64,000 nucleotides of DNA from Pirellulales bacterium (GCA_963733035.1 CAVTBU010000005.1:2688001-2752000); one strand, 5' to 3'; shown: positions 19,948-30,183, numbered from the stretch's first letter. Notes: generated from the sequence alone by a model not told the origin. Numbers and translations are program-made.

Positions 19948-21303
19948 ATGTCACTCTTTGAAGCCAGTGAGGCTGCCAATCGTCGTCGCGCGCAGCCCCT
20001 GGCGGCGCGAATGCGGCCACAAACGCTCGATGAGTTCGCCGGGCAGCGGCATTTCCTCGGCGAAGGCAAACTGCTGCGGAGGCTACTCGCGGCCGATCGC
20101 CTGGGTTCGGTTATCTTTTATGGTCCGCCCGGAACGGGCAAGACAACGCTCGCGCACCTGCTGGCCAAGGCCAGTCGCAGCAAGTTCGTGCAATTGAGCG
20201 CGGTGACAAGCGGCGTCAAAGAGCTGCGCGAAGTCCTGGAAGCGGCCCGCGACCGGCTGTCGGTCAGCGGCAACAAGACACTCCTGTTCGTTGACGAAAT
20301 CCACCGCTTCAATAAGCCGCAGCAGGATGTGTTGCTTCCCGACGTCGAGGATGGCACGGTGATTCTGGTGGGCGCAACGACTCAGAATCCGTTCTTCGCA
20401 ATCAATAGCGCGCTGGTCAGCCGCAGCCGCGTGTTCCAGTTTCAATCGCTTTCCGGCGACGACATTAAAACGCTGCTGCGGCGAGCTCTGGCCGACCGCG
20501 ATCGCGGACTGGGACAATACGAGGTCAATCTGTACGACGATGCCCTTGAATTCCTGGCCGAAGTGAGTGACGGCGACGCCCGCCGGGCGCTCGGCGCTTT
20601 AGAAGTGGGCGTACTCTCCAGCAAGGAGCGGCCCGTCGAGTTCACCCGTGCTCTGGCCGAAGAGTCGGTGCAGCGCAAAGCCGTCGAATACGACCGCACC
20701 GGCGATGCACACTACGATGCCGTCAGCGCGCTGATCAAGAGTATGCGTGGCAGCGACCCGGACGCGGCCATCTATTGGCTGGCCCGCATGCTCGAAGCAG
20801 GCGAGGACGTGCGTTTCCTCGCTCGGCGGCTGGTGATCTTTGCCAGCGAAGATGTGGGCAATGCCGATCCGGCCGCGTTGCCGCTGGCCGTGGCCGCCAT
20901 GCAGGCCTCGGAATTCGTCGGCCTGCCGGAATGCCAATTGAATCTGGCGCAGGCGGTTACCTACTTGGCGTGTGCCGCGAAGTCGAACGCCTCGACCGTC
21001 GCCATTTCGGAAGCCCGGGCAGACATTCGCGAAGGTCGGCTGCTGCCCGTGCCGGTGATTTTGCGCGATAGCCACTACTCCGGAGCCAAGCGGTTAGGCC
21101 ATGGTGAGGGCTATCAATACTCTCACAACAGCCCAGACGCGATTTCCGAACAGGACTATTTGGGCGTGGAGCGCGAGTACTATCGGCCCGTCGATCGTGG
21201 ACATGAGCGCGAACTGGGCGCGCGATTGGAGTCCATCCGCCAGCGACTCCGGAAGGCGAAGCAGTCTGGCGATGACGTTGGGGAAACGACTCCGAATGGC
21301 TAG
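19948..21303 (+). CDS. rarA: Replication-associated recombination protein A (RarA/MgsA)
   Basis: PLAARMRP, GPPGTGKTT, DEIHRFNK, SALIKSMRGSDPDAA, SEDVGNADP. Confidence 0.95.
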   Translation: MSLFEASEAANRRRAQPLAARMRPQTLDEFAGQRHFLGEGKLLRRLLAADRLGSVIFYGPPGTGKTTLAHLLAKASRSKFVQLSAVTSGVKELREVLEAARDRLSVSGNKTLLFVDEIHRFNKPQQDVLLPDVEDGTVILVGATTQNPFFAINSALVSRSRVFQFQSLSGDDIKTLLRRALADRDRGLGQYEVNLYDDALEFLAEVSDGDARRALGALEVGVLSSKERPVEFTRALAEESVQRKAVEYDRTGDAHYDAVSALIKSMRGSDPDAAIYWLARMLEAGEDVRFLARRLVIFASEDVGNADPAALPLAVAAMQASEFVGLPECQLNLAQAVTYLACAAKSNASTVAISEARADIREGRLLPVPVILRDSHYSGAKRLGHGEGYQYSHNSPDAISEQDYLGVEREYYRPVDRGHERELGARLESIRQRLRKAKQSGDDVGETTPNG

Positions 21304-21550
21304 CACGCGATCGCCAGCACGATCGACAACGACCGCATTTTGACAGGCAACGGTTGCTGCTGGCATGACCCGCACATTGGTCTGGCCTGACCTTGGCCGA
21401 TGGCTTATGATCAGCCGCGGAACTTGGCTGGGCAGTCGAGGATGGCTGCGCCCATGCGGCGTTGGATCCGGCTGAGTGACGCCCATCAATTCTGCCAGCA
21501 TCTGATTAGCAATCGCGCTTGTCGCCAGGGTCGTCAGGGAGGACGGACTT

Positions 21551-22882
21551 GTGAACACGCTGAAGCCGCTGTTAACGGTAGCCGTCCTGGCGGGCATCGG
21601 CTATGGAGTTTACATCCGTTTGAACGCCGGTGCCGGTGCGCCACCGCCGCCGGTCGATGCCGGCTGGAATTCGACCCCCGACATTCAACTGCCGGGCCAA
21701 ACGAGCTCCGCCCCCTGGGGCGCGCCTAGTACGCCGGCCACGGGCAATGCAGCAATGGTGCCCGGCGGTCAAGCGCCGCCATATCAGCAGGCACCCAGTG
21801 GAGGAGGCGCGGGGAGCGAAGCGCCGCCGTTTGGCCAACCGGCTCCGACAACTTCGGCGCCACCGTTTGGCGATAGCGCGCGACACGCAAACGCCGAATT
21901 CGCCACCGCCAATACGGCGCCTCCAACCGGCACGCCGGAGGGAGTGTCTTATGAGCCGCCCAGCTACGACGCGATGCCGCAAAACTCGACAGGCACCGAA
22001 ATGTCCACAAGTTCGCGCGGAGCGGACCCGTACGGAAACGATCCGTACCCACCAAGCCAGGGTGCTGACCCGTATGGCGCACCGACCGAGACGTCTCCCC
22101 CGGCCGACTTTTCACCTGGCGAATACCCAGTGCCGCCAGAAGACGGAGTGCCGGTCGATGGTGGCGCGGCCCCAGTAGGAGAGTTCGCCGCAGCCATGCA
22201 AGCTGCCAACAGCGAGCTGGAAAACGGCCAATTGGCGGCGGCCTTGCGTCAGCTTAGCCCTTGGTACGGCAACCCACAGCTCGCTCCGGAACAAGAACGA
22301 CAACTCACGCCCTTGTTGGATCAGGTAGCCGGCACGGTCGTCTACTCGACGCAAAACTTGCTCGAACATCCTTACGAAGTGCAGCCCGGCGAACGACTCG
22401 AGACCATCGGCGAGAAATATCAAGTGCCATGGCAATTGCTGGCGAAGATCAACGGCATCGAAGACCCCAATTCGCTGCAGCCCGGAGAACGGCTGAAGGT
22501 CATCCGCGGACCGTTCCAAGCGGTTATCGATCTGAAGCGCCGTGAGCTCGTGTTGCACACGGCCGACGGACTCTACGCTGGCCGATTTCAAATCGGCATC
22601 GGAGGCGAACATCCGCCGCAGGAAGGAACCTTCGTCGTCAGCGACAAGTCGGTGAACCCCGTGTACTACGGCAGCGAGCGGGCCATTGGCGCCGAAGACC
22701 CCAACAACCCGCTCGGCGAACGCTGGATCGGCCTGGGCAAACAAATGGCCATCCATGGGACCAACAACCCTCAGAACATCGGCCGCACCGACCTGCCCGG
22801 ATGGATCAGCCTTAGCGAACCGGATGTCGAGGACGTGTACGACATTTTGAGCCTCGGCTCGCGAGTTACGATTCGCCGCTAG
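21551..22882 (+). CDS. Membrane-anchored LysM + YkuD (L,D-transpeptidase-like) protein with Pro-rich linker
   Basis: N-terminal TM; YEVQPGERLETIGEKYQVPWQLLAKINGI LysM; NPLGERWIGL...IHGT YkuD. Catalytic Cys position reads Trp. Confidence 0.8.
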   Translation: MNTLKPLLTVAVLAGIGYGVYIRLNAGAGAPPPPVDAGWNSTPDIQLPGQTSSAPWGAPSTPATGNAAMVPGGQAPPYQQAPSGGGAGSEAPPFGQPAPTTSAPPFGDSARHANAEFATANTAPPTGTPEGVSYEPPSYDAMPQNSTGTEMSTSSRGADPYGNDPYPPSQGADPYGAPTETSPPADFSPGEYPVPPEDGVPVDGGAAPVGEFAAAMQAANSELENGQLAAALRQLSPWYGNPQLAPEQERQLTPLLDQVAGTVVYSTQNLLEHPYEVQPGERLETIGEKYQVPWQLLAKINGIEDPNSLQPGERLKVIRGPFQAVIDLKRRELVLHTADGLYAGRFQIGIGGEHPPQEGTFVVSDKSVNPVYYGSERAIGAEDPNNPLGERWIGLGKQMAIHGTNNPQNIGRTDLPGWISLSEPDVEDVYDILSLGSRVTIRR

Positions 22883-24028
22883 CGCCGGGCGCGGGGCGAA
22901 AGCATAGATCGCGAATTTGAGTAGGCGGCATTCGATGGGCCCGTTGAACAGCCGGATCCGCGCTCCGGGCTTAAGTCCAATGAACTTCGCGGCCTCCCGA
23001 TTGCCCGCCAGAATCCATGCCGTGTAACCGGCCCAGCGATGCTTGAGCACGTCGCCGATCCGGCGGTGAAACTCGATAATCTCCTCGGTCTTAATTCGTT
23101 CCTCGTAAGGCGGGTTGGTTATCAAAGTCCCATTGGCGGCAGGCGGCGCGGTGTCCGCCAAATCTTGCACTCGCCAAGTGATGTCGGCCGCAACGCCCGC
23201 CCGCTGAGCGTTTTGACGTGCCGCATTGATTAGCTCGGCCTCGCGGTCGGAACCCTCAATGGGAAACGAAAGGCCGGGCAGCTCTTGTCGCCGCGCCTCG
23301 CGCAACACACGATCGTGCAGTGCAGGATCGAAATCGTTCCACCGTTGATAGCCAAAGCGCTCCCGCACGGTTCCTGGGGCAATACGGCGCAAGCATGGCG
23401 GCTTCGATCGGAAACGTGCCCGACCCACACATGAAGTCGACCAGTGCGCTGCGCGGTCCCAACCAGTGAGCCGCAGGATGCCGGCGGCAAGTACTTCGTT
23501 GATCGGCGCCACGCCCGCGGCTTGCCGATATCCGCGCTTGTGGAGCGAATCCCCCGACGCATCGAGATATAGTGTGACGCGTTTGCCATCGATGTGCAGG
23601 TTGATTCGCACGTCGGGATCATCCAGATCGACCGATGGGCGGCTGCCTGTGGCGCGGCGAATCTGATCGACGATCGCGTCCTTTGCCACCTGCGCCGCAT
23701 AGAGCGAATTGGTGAACACGTTGCCACTGGTCACCGGATCGATGGCCAACGTCCCCTCCGGCGCCAGATGCTTGAGCCACTTGGTGCGTCCCACGCGGCG
23801 ATAAAGGGCGTCGGTGCCATCGGCCGGGAAACGGGCGATCGGCTTCAGAATTCGCACAGCCGTGCGGCAACCAATATTCGCCCAATACAGCATCCGCTGG
23901 TCGCCGCGAAAGGAACACATCCTCCGGCCGGACCGCACGTCCTCGGCACCCAGTTCCCGCAACTCATCGGCGAGCACTTCTTCCAAGCCGAAGAACGTCT
24001 TGGCAATCATGGGGAAGGTGTCAGCCAC
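22879..24028 (-). CDS. THUMP-domain rRNA m2G methyltransferase (RlmL/YpsC-like); three apparent indels (~23455, ~23388, ~22890)
   Basis: AKTFFGLEEVL, SLHKRGYR, NPPY, LFNGPIEC. The SAM motif DFMCGSGTFPIEAA sits in a shifted frame. Confidence 0.85.
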
Positions 24029-24686
24029 GCGCGCCGCCTTCCGTGCACAGCAGCCGCACCAGCTCGGGCAATATCGCATGCATTGCCCGGGCACGATGGC
24101 TAAGAACCGCTTTGGTCACCGCGCTCAACTGCCCAAACGTGCGGTGGTACTCGACCACTTCAAACAAAGGATCGTAGCCAAAGCCCTCGGTGCCAGCTTC
24201 TTCGGTGCGAATGCGACCGTGACATTTCCCGGTCGCTTCGGCTCGCAGCGTGCCCGAGGGATCGGCCAACGCCAACTGACAGACGAAATGGGCCGTGCGG
24301 CGCGGGGGATCAACGTTTGCAAGTTCGGCCAACAGCTTGCGGCGGTTGTCGGCGTCGGTGGCGTTTGGTCCGGCAAAGCGGGCAGAATAGACGCCAGGAG
24401 CGCCCTTCAGGGCGTCGACGACCAACCCACTGTCGTCAGCCAACACCCACTGCTTAAGATGCCTAGCCTGCTGCGTCGCTTTGAGCTCCGCATTTTCACG
24501 GAACGACTGACCAGACTCTTCAATCTCTAGCGGCGAATCGAAATCAGCCAGCGTCTTCAACCGAATGCCGCTCGGCGCGAGCAAATCGGCCAGCTCTCCG
24601 GCCTTCTTGCGATTGCCAGTACCGAACACTAAGACGGGACATTGGGAACCTGTGGTACTCACGCTGCCTATTCTCAGATCGCTCAC
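24021..24686 (-). CDS. rdgB: Non-canonical purine NTP pyrophosphatase (RdgB/HAM1)
   Basis: TGNRKK, ADDSGL, GAPGVYSARF, GFGYDPLF, SHRARA. Confidence 0.95.
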   Translation of the reverse strand: MSDLRIGSVSTTGSQCPVLVFGTGNRKKAGELADLLAPSGIRLKTLADFDSPLEIEESGQSFRENAELKATQQARHLKQWVLADDSGLVVDALKGAPGVYSARFAGPNATDADNRRKLLAELANVDPPRRTAHFVCQLALADPSGTLRAEATGKCHGRIRTEEAGTEGFGYDPLFEVVEYHRTFGQLSAVTKAVLSHRARAMHAILPELVRLLCTEGGARG

Positions 24687-27247
24687 TACAGAATCGCCAA
24701 CGGGTTGCGACGCTCTTCGAGCGTGCCCCGCGTAACGCCAACGCGATTGGCCGCTCTGAGCGCGCCATAAACATCCTTGCCACGGATCTCACCAGACAGC
24801 AATTTGCGGTAAAGGTCGATGATGTGGGCAACCTCCGCTTGCGGCTCATCGTTGAGCAGCTCGACCCGGAAGTCGCGCACGCCGCGGCGGAACAACTCGG
24901 GCACCGCTTCGGCCGCGCTTTGCGGTACGGCATTGAAGAGCGTATTGCGACAACCGACATCCGCGGCCAGTGTATGCTCCATACCGACTCGATCGCGCAG
25001 CCGCACCTGGTGCAGGTCGCACGGACGTCCGCAGTTGTGCTTATTCGTACCGGGCGATAGAACCGCGCAGAACACGCAATGTTCCATATGGAACATCGGC
25101 ATGTGCTGGTGAATCACGATTTCCAGCCAGCTGGGTGGCACCGCCGCGACCAGATCGAAGAGTTGATCGCGGTTCAGGTCGTAAGAGGCCGTCACGCGCT
25201 GCACCCCGGCGGTGCGTAAGTAGTCAACCGTCAATTCGTTGGTTGCGTTTAATGAAAAGTCCGCCACGATTGGTATACCGGCCGCCGCATAGAACTGGAG
25301 CCCCGCAAGGTTGCGAACCAGGATTCCGTCAGCCCCATGCCGTGAGATGACGCGCAGAATGCCCATTTCGTCGGGCTTCTGAATGCGGGGCGTGGCGACG
25401 AAGACCGTCGCCTTGGCTGCATGTGCGATAGCCACCGCGTCTCCGTATTGACGTATGTCCTGCAGGTCGGCCATCACGCTCTTGACGCCGCAGGCGAGTA
25501 CCGCGTCGAGTTGGACGAGCGAACGGCAAAGAACATGCAGCGCCGGCGCGCGATCGTCGCCAACATCACCTGACCTGCTTTCCAAAGGTGCGCGCAATCT
25601 ATCCAAGGGCGAGTCCTGAGCAATCCGCCGCTCAGGCGCACGTCCTGCCGACTCATCAAGGCCCGCGACCAATTCATGCCGGAGCTTTCCCAGCACGCTC
25701 AATGGGACCATGGGCGCGCCGACAATTCGAGTGTCGCAAGTCCGCAACTCGTAGTTCGTAGCGCCCAATCGCCCAAACTGTTCGCGAAACAACGCTGGCT
25801 TTGCCGCGTGCTTTCGGGCCGCTTCCAGCGTTTGTGCCGTTTGTACACGGCACGTAGCGCCTGCGTCCGTCCTGGCCTCCACGATCAGCGGAGAACCAAC
25901 CTCTGCGTGAACCAATAGATCGATCGGCACGCGACGCAGCGGCTTGTCGCCTGCAAAGCTCTTGCGCAGGCGGCCGGTGAGCTCCGGGTCGTCAGTCTTC
26001 CAAACTTCCTGGCCGGCGGAGAGCCGCGAAAAATCAATCGCTCCGTGCGCGAAAGTCAACTGCGCTAGCCCGCTACCGATCGGCTCGGTAAGGGAATGGC
26101 GTCCCTGGAAAACCTCGTACACGCGTCCACCTTGTTCGGTGTTCTCGGCTCGACCGCCGGCAAAGACCACGCCATCACCCCGTTTCACCGATCCCGCTAG
26201 TTCAACGGTCACTCGGCGTCCATCGAACTGCCTGACCTGCCCCAGCAACACGCCGCGTTTGGCCGAGCTGGTGGCCGGCACGAGCATCTTGTGGTCGCAG
26301 CCGCGCAGCCAACCGGGCGAAAACCCGCGAGAGAACGATAGTTCCATTTCCTCAATTTCGCGCGGCGTAAACTCCACCGGACGTCCGGCCAGTGTGCTAT
26401 CGATTGCCTGGCGATAGTGCCGCGTGATGTTGGCGACATACTCGGGCGTCTTCAGTCGACCTTCAATCTTGAACGAACAGACGCCCGCCGCGATCAGCTC
26501 TGGAATGAGCGAGTAGGCTGCGAGATCCTGTGGGCTGAGCAAGTAGCGTTGTTCGCCAAGATCCACTTCCTTTTCGTCACAGACCAACTGGTACGGCAAG
26601 CGACAAGCTTGCGCACACTGGCCACGATTGGCGCTTCGTCCTCCCAGCGACTCGCTTGTCAAACATTGTCCCGAGTACGCCACGCACAGCGCGCCGTGAA
26701 CGAAAGCCTCGATCGGCATCGTCGTCTGCCGGCCGATTTCGGCGATCTCCTCCAGCGATAGCTCCCTGGCCAAGACGACTCGCTCGACGCCAAGTTCTTC
26801 GACCGCGCGAATCGTCTCGGCGCTGGTCAGCGTCATCTGTGTTGATGCGTGGATCGGCAGATCAGGGCATACTTGGCGAATGAGCCGCACGAGCCCGAGG
26901 TCTTGCACCAAGACGGCGTCGACACCAGCAGCCGCCACGCGGCGGACAATCTGTTCGATGCTGGCCAATTCATCGGTGAAGACCAACGTGTTGAGCGTGA
27001 CGTAGCCCTTCACCCCTCGGCGATGCAAGAAGGTCATCAGCTCGTCGAGTACCTCGAGCGAGATGTTCGTCGCCCGCGCTCGCGCATTGAACCCCGAGTC
27101 GAGCCCGAAGTAGATTGCATCAGCCCCATTTTCGACCGCCGCGCGTACGCACGTCAGATCGCCGGCCGGAGCCAAAAGCTCGGGGCGCTGTTGCGTCGTG
27201 GACGAGTGGAGAACTGGGGGCATAGCGTGATGTGAGGGGGGATTCAC
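24686..27247 (-). CDS. U32 family protein with DUF3656 (RlhA/TrhP-like RNA hydroxylation protein)
   Basis: PELLAPAG, HASTQM, HGALCVAYSGQC, ANRGQCAQACR, KIEGRLK. Confidence 0.9.
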   Translation of the reverse strand: MNPPSHHAMPPVLHSSTTQQRPELLAPAGDLTCVRAAVENGADAIYFGLDSGFNARARATNISLEVLDELMTFLHRRGVKGYVTLNTLVFTDELASIEQIVRRVAAAGVDAVLVQDLGLVRLIRQVCPDLPIHASTQMTLTSAETIRAVEELGVERVVLARELSLEEIAEIGRQTTMPIEAFVHGALCVAYSGQCLTSESLGGRSANRGQCAQACRLPYQLVCDEKEVDLGEQRYLLSPQDLAAYSLIPELIAAGVCSFKIEGRLKTPEYVANITRHYRQAIDSTLAGRPVEFTPREIEEMELSFSRGFSPGWLRGCDHKMLVPATSSAKRGVLLGQVRQFDGRRVTVELAGSVKRGDGVVFAGGRAENTEQGGRVYEVFQGRHSLTEPIGSGLAQLTFAHGAIDFSRLSAGQEVWKTDDPELTGRLRKSFAGDKPLRRVPIDLLVHAEVGSPLIVEARTDAGATCRVQTAQTLEAARKHAAKPALFREQFGRLGATNYELRTCDTRIVGAPMVPLSVLGKLRHELVAGLDESAGRAPERRIAQDSPLDRLRAPLESRSGDVGDDRAPALHVLCRSLVQLDAVLACGVKSVMADLQDIRQYGDAVAIAHAAKATVFVATPRIQKPDEMGILRVISRHGADGILVRNLAGLQFYAAAGIPIVADFSLNATNELTVDYLRTAGVQRVTASYDLNRDQLFDLVAAVPPSWLEIVIHQHMPMFHMEHCVFCAVLSPGTNKHNCGRPCDLHQVRLRDRVGMEHTLAADVGCRNTLFNAVPQSAAEAVPELFRRGVRDFRVELLNDEPQAEVAHIIDLYRKLLSGEIRGKDVYGALRAANRVGVTRGTLEERRNPLAIL

Positions 27248-27329
27248 GTTAAATCCGACGGTGCATTCTACCAGGGCAATGGATTACGATGCAGGGGCGC
27301 GTCGCGACTTGCAAAGCAAGGGTTTCTCG

Positions 27330-27725
27330 ATGGACGGGTCCCGTTTCCGATTTCCGGTCCGTTTCCGCCTGCGGTCGCTGCTTGTCCTGATGGCAATCGC
27401 GGCTGCCTGGGTCGCATGGAACACCCGCTGGATTCGGCAGCGGCACGACTTCATCGCGGAAAAAAAAGCGAGCTACGCCCGGCGCGGTGGTGATCCAGCC
27501 CACTATCATGTCGGCGGGGGGACGGCGCAGGCTCCCATGTCACTCTGGCTGCTCGGCGAACGCGGCTTTGAAGTCTTGCAGTTTGACGTTTACGTAGAGC
27601 ACTACGACGAAAACCGTACCTTCGGGTCGTATCGCGAGATCCAGCAGCAGCAAGTCCGGGCGAGGATTCTCTTTCCGGAAGTCACCGTCATAGACATCGA
27701 ACCTGTAGCTCGTGAGGGGCACTGA
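27330..27725 (+). CDS. Hypothetical membrane-anchored protein with 'RFRLRSLL' N-terminus
   Basis: RFRLRSLLVLMAIAAAWVAW followed by APMSLWLLGE. Confidence 0.65.
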   Translation: MDGSRFRFPVRFRLRSLLVLMAIAAAWVAWNTRWIRQRHDFIAEKKASYARRGGDPAHYHVGGGTAQAPMSLWLLGERGFEVLQFDVYVEHYDENRTFGSYREIQQQQVRARILFPEVTVIDIEPVAREGH

Positions 27726-27728
27726 ACC

Positions 27729-28151
27729 ATGTGGTACGTCAAACAGGGGCTCAAATGGCTCTTCGCGGTGTTCTTTGTTGCAGCAGGCGTGATGCACTTC
27801 GTGAACGAGGGCTTCTACCTCAAGCTGATGCCCGATTATATCCCTCAGCAACTACACCGGCCCGCGGTGATCGTAAGCGGCATCGCCGAGGTCTTGCTCG
27901 GCGTGTTGTTACTCGTCCCTCGCACCATGCGGCTGGCAGCTTGGGGGCTCATCGCGCTATTGATTGCCGTGTTTCCGGCCAACATCTACGGTTGGCAGCA
28001 TTCCGAGGAGATCTTTGGTGTCAGCAAGTCGGCGCACTTTATTCGGCTGCCGCTGCAAGCTGTGTTGATCGCTTGGGCCTGGTGGTACACGCGACCGGCG
28101 GGAGTACCCGCCAAGCTGCCAACCGATACGGACAATGACACAGACAAATGA
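27729..28151 (+). CDS. DoxX-like membrane protein
   Basis: AGVMHF, SGIAEV, AVFPANI, RLPLQ; 4 TM segments. Confidence 0.8.
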   Translation: MWYVKQGLKWLFAVFFVAAGVMHFVNEGFYLKLMPDYIPQQLHRPAVIVSGIAEVLLGVLLLVPRTMRLAAWGLIALLIAVFPANIYGWQHSEEIFGVSKSAHFIRLPLQAVLIAWAWWYTRPAGVPAKLPTDTDNDTDK

Positions 28152-28156
28152 TTGCG

Positions 28157-29584
28157 CTATGCCCCGGGCAACTTGTAATCGCGCCACTCGAGCAACTCCG
28201 CGATGTCGTTCATCGTGATGTCGCGCTTGCTTGCCTCGGGCACGAGCGTTCGGCGTAGAATTGTGGCGAACGGTTCCGGCATGCCCGAGGCGTATTGTTC
28301 TGCGTCCAGCGTGTCAATCTGCCGGAGCACGTCGAGTAGGTTCTCTCCGCGAATGGCTTTTTCGCCCGAGAGCATTTCGTAGAGCATTAGCCCCAGCGAA
28401 AACACGTCGCTCTGCGGCGTTGCCGGTTCGCTGCGGGCTTGTTCGGGCGACATGTAGGCCGGCGTGCCCGAGAGCCCCGCCGGATCGACCGTTTCCCAAG
28501 AGCCAGTCTCCTGAACGGGCGAAGCCGTGGGCCGTCGCTGTGCGAGTCCGAAGTCCATGATCTTGGCCGTGCCATCGGCGGCGACCATGATGTTGGCCGG
28601 TTTCAAATCTCCGTGCACGACCCGCAGCGCCTGCGCGGCACCCATTCCCAGGGCGACTTGTCGGCCCACGCGACTCACCTCGTTGACGGGCAATTTGCCG
28701 GCCGACAGCACGTCCCCCAGCACCTTGCCGTTGATGTGTTCCATCACAATCATCGAAATACCATCGCTCTCGTCGACAGCGTGAATCGTGCAAACATTGG
28801 GATGGTTGATCGCAGCGGCCGCCCGAGCTTCGTCCAAAAACTTGCGCGGCGAGCCGACATGACCGGGTCGAAACACCTTGAGCGCCACGTTGCGTTCGAG
28901 CATCAGGTCGCGAGCCCGATAGACGACCCCGAACGTGCCGCTGCCAATCTCCTCTTCGATGCGATACTGACCGATCACGCTGTTGGGCCTGAGCAACCGC
29001 GTGGGGTCGAGCGTGGGCGTGTCACGGCTCCAACTTTCCGGGCACAGGCCACCCGTCTGTAAACCGTCGAGCACGCGCAACACTTCGTCGCTGCGTCGCC
29101 CAACGCTCAGATTGTGCACAACCTGGTACTGCAAGACCCCATTGGGATCGATGATGAACAGGCCCCGCAGCGCCACATGCTGCCGGGGCACGAGCACGCC
29201 GTAGGCCTGGCAAACCAGCCCACTCTCGTCGCTGGCCAGCGGGAAGGCCAAACCACCCAGGCCGCCCTGACTTCGCGGCGTGGTAATCCATTTCTGATGG
29301 CTGGCCACCGAATCGGTGCTAATGCCCAGGATGTCGCAATCGCGGCGGGCGAACTCGTCAAACTGCACGCTCAGAGCGGTCAATTCCGTGGGACAGACCA
29401 TCGAAAAGTCACGTGGATAGAACAGCAGCACGAGCCAGCGATCGCGGTAATCGTCCAACGACACCTCGCGCTCGGCCGCGTCGGGCCATGCCGTACAGGG
29501 CAGTCGGAAATCCGGCGCCCGCGAGCCGACACTGGCCGGCGCGGCCCTACGACTAACTGCCGAAGGTTTGGAAGGTGATGCCAT
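28157..29584 (-). CDS. Peroxiredoxin (AhpC/Prx1-type) fused to a Hanks-type Ser/Thr protein kinase
   Basis: FYPRDFSMVCPTEL, RGLFIIDPNG, GRRSDEVLR, GGLCPESW; then GSGTFG, VALK, HGDLKPAN, DFG, GTPAYMSPEQ, DVFSLG. One uninterrupted 475-aa ORF. Confidence 0.9.
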   Translation of the reverse strand: MASPSKPSAVSRRAAPASVGSRAPDFRLPCTAWPDAAEREVSLDDYRDRWLVLLFYPRDFSMVCPTELTALSVQFDEFARRDCDILGISTDSVASHQKWITTPRSQGGLGGLAFPLASDESGLVCQAYGVLVPRQHVALRGLFIIDPNGVLQYQVVHNLSVGRRSDEVLRVLDGLQTGGLCPESWSRDTPTLDPTRLLRPNSVIGQYRIEEEIGSGTFGVVYRARDLMLERNVALKVFRPGHVGSPRKFLDEARAAAAINHPNVCTIHAVDESDGISMIVMEHINGKVLGDVLSAGKLPVNEVSRVGRQVALGMGAAQALRVVHGDLKPANIMVAADGTAKIMDFGLAQRRPTASPVQETGSWETVDPAGLSGTPAYMSPEQARSEPATPQSDVFSLGLMLYEMLSGEKAIRGENLLDVLRQIDTLDAEQYASGMPEPFATILRRTLVPEASKRDITMNDIAELLEWRDYKLPGA

Positions 29585-29627
29585 GATTGCTATTCTAGAG
29601 GTGTCCCTCAGTCGTCGTCCATTCCTG

Positions 29628-30080
29628 ATGAATGACCGTATGGATGCGTCCCCGGTTCACGCCGAGCCCAGCCAAACCGACCTGGAACATCTCCAGCTTC
29701 TGGGGATCTTTCATTACATCGTCGGCGGCATGATGATGCTGTTCTCGTGCTTCTTTATCATTCATTTGGTGATGGGCCTGGTACTTGCATTCAACCCGCA
29801 GGGTTTTGGGCCCCATCGGCACGACCTGCGTGAGATGCAGATGGAAATGTTTTTCGGGCTTCTCATGGCGGGCTTTGCGGCGAGCGCCATCCTGGCGGGC
29901 TGGACGTTGGGCGGCTTAATGATTTACTCCGGGACGTGCCTGCGCAAGCATCGGCGGCGCATGTTTAGCCAAATCATGGCCGGCATCGTCTGCATGTTCA
30001 TGCCGTTTGGCACGGTCCTGGGCGTGTTTACGATTGTCGTCCTGCAGCGCGACTCCGTGCGACGGCTCTATGGCCGGTAG
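29628..30080 (+). CDS. Hypothetical membrane protein
   Basis: Three to four TM segments; HLQLLGIFHYIVG and PFGTVLGVFTIVVL motifs. Confidence 0.7.
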   Translation: MNDRMDASPVHAEPSQTDLEHLQLLGIFHYIVGGMMMLFSCFFIIHLVMGLVLAFNPQGFGPHRHDLREMQMEMFFGLLMAGFAASAILAGWTLGGLMIYSGTCLRKHRRRMFSQIMAGIVCMFMPFGTVLGVFTIVVLQRDSVRRLYGR

Positions 30081-30183
30081 CCGCATCAAAAACTTGCATT
30101 CGCGCGTTCGGCAGAGTTGAATGGGGCGGTACGGCTTTCCCGCCAATTTGCTCTCCCTGCCTTCCCTGGAGCACACCGCCGTG

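Noticed and set aside
22112..22878. 660-aa THUMP ORF overlapping the LysM gene antisense
   Set aside because: Read-through caused by a 2-nt loss near 22890; restoring it gives a TAG at ~22879-22881.
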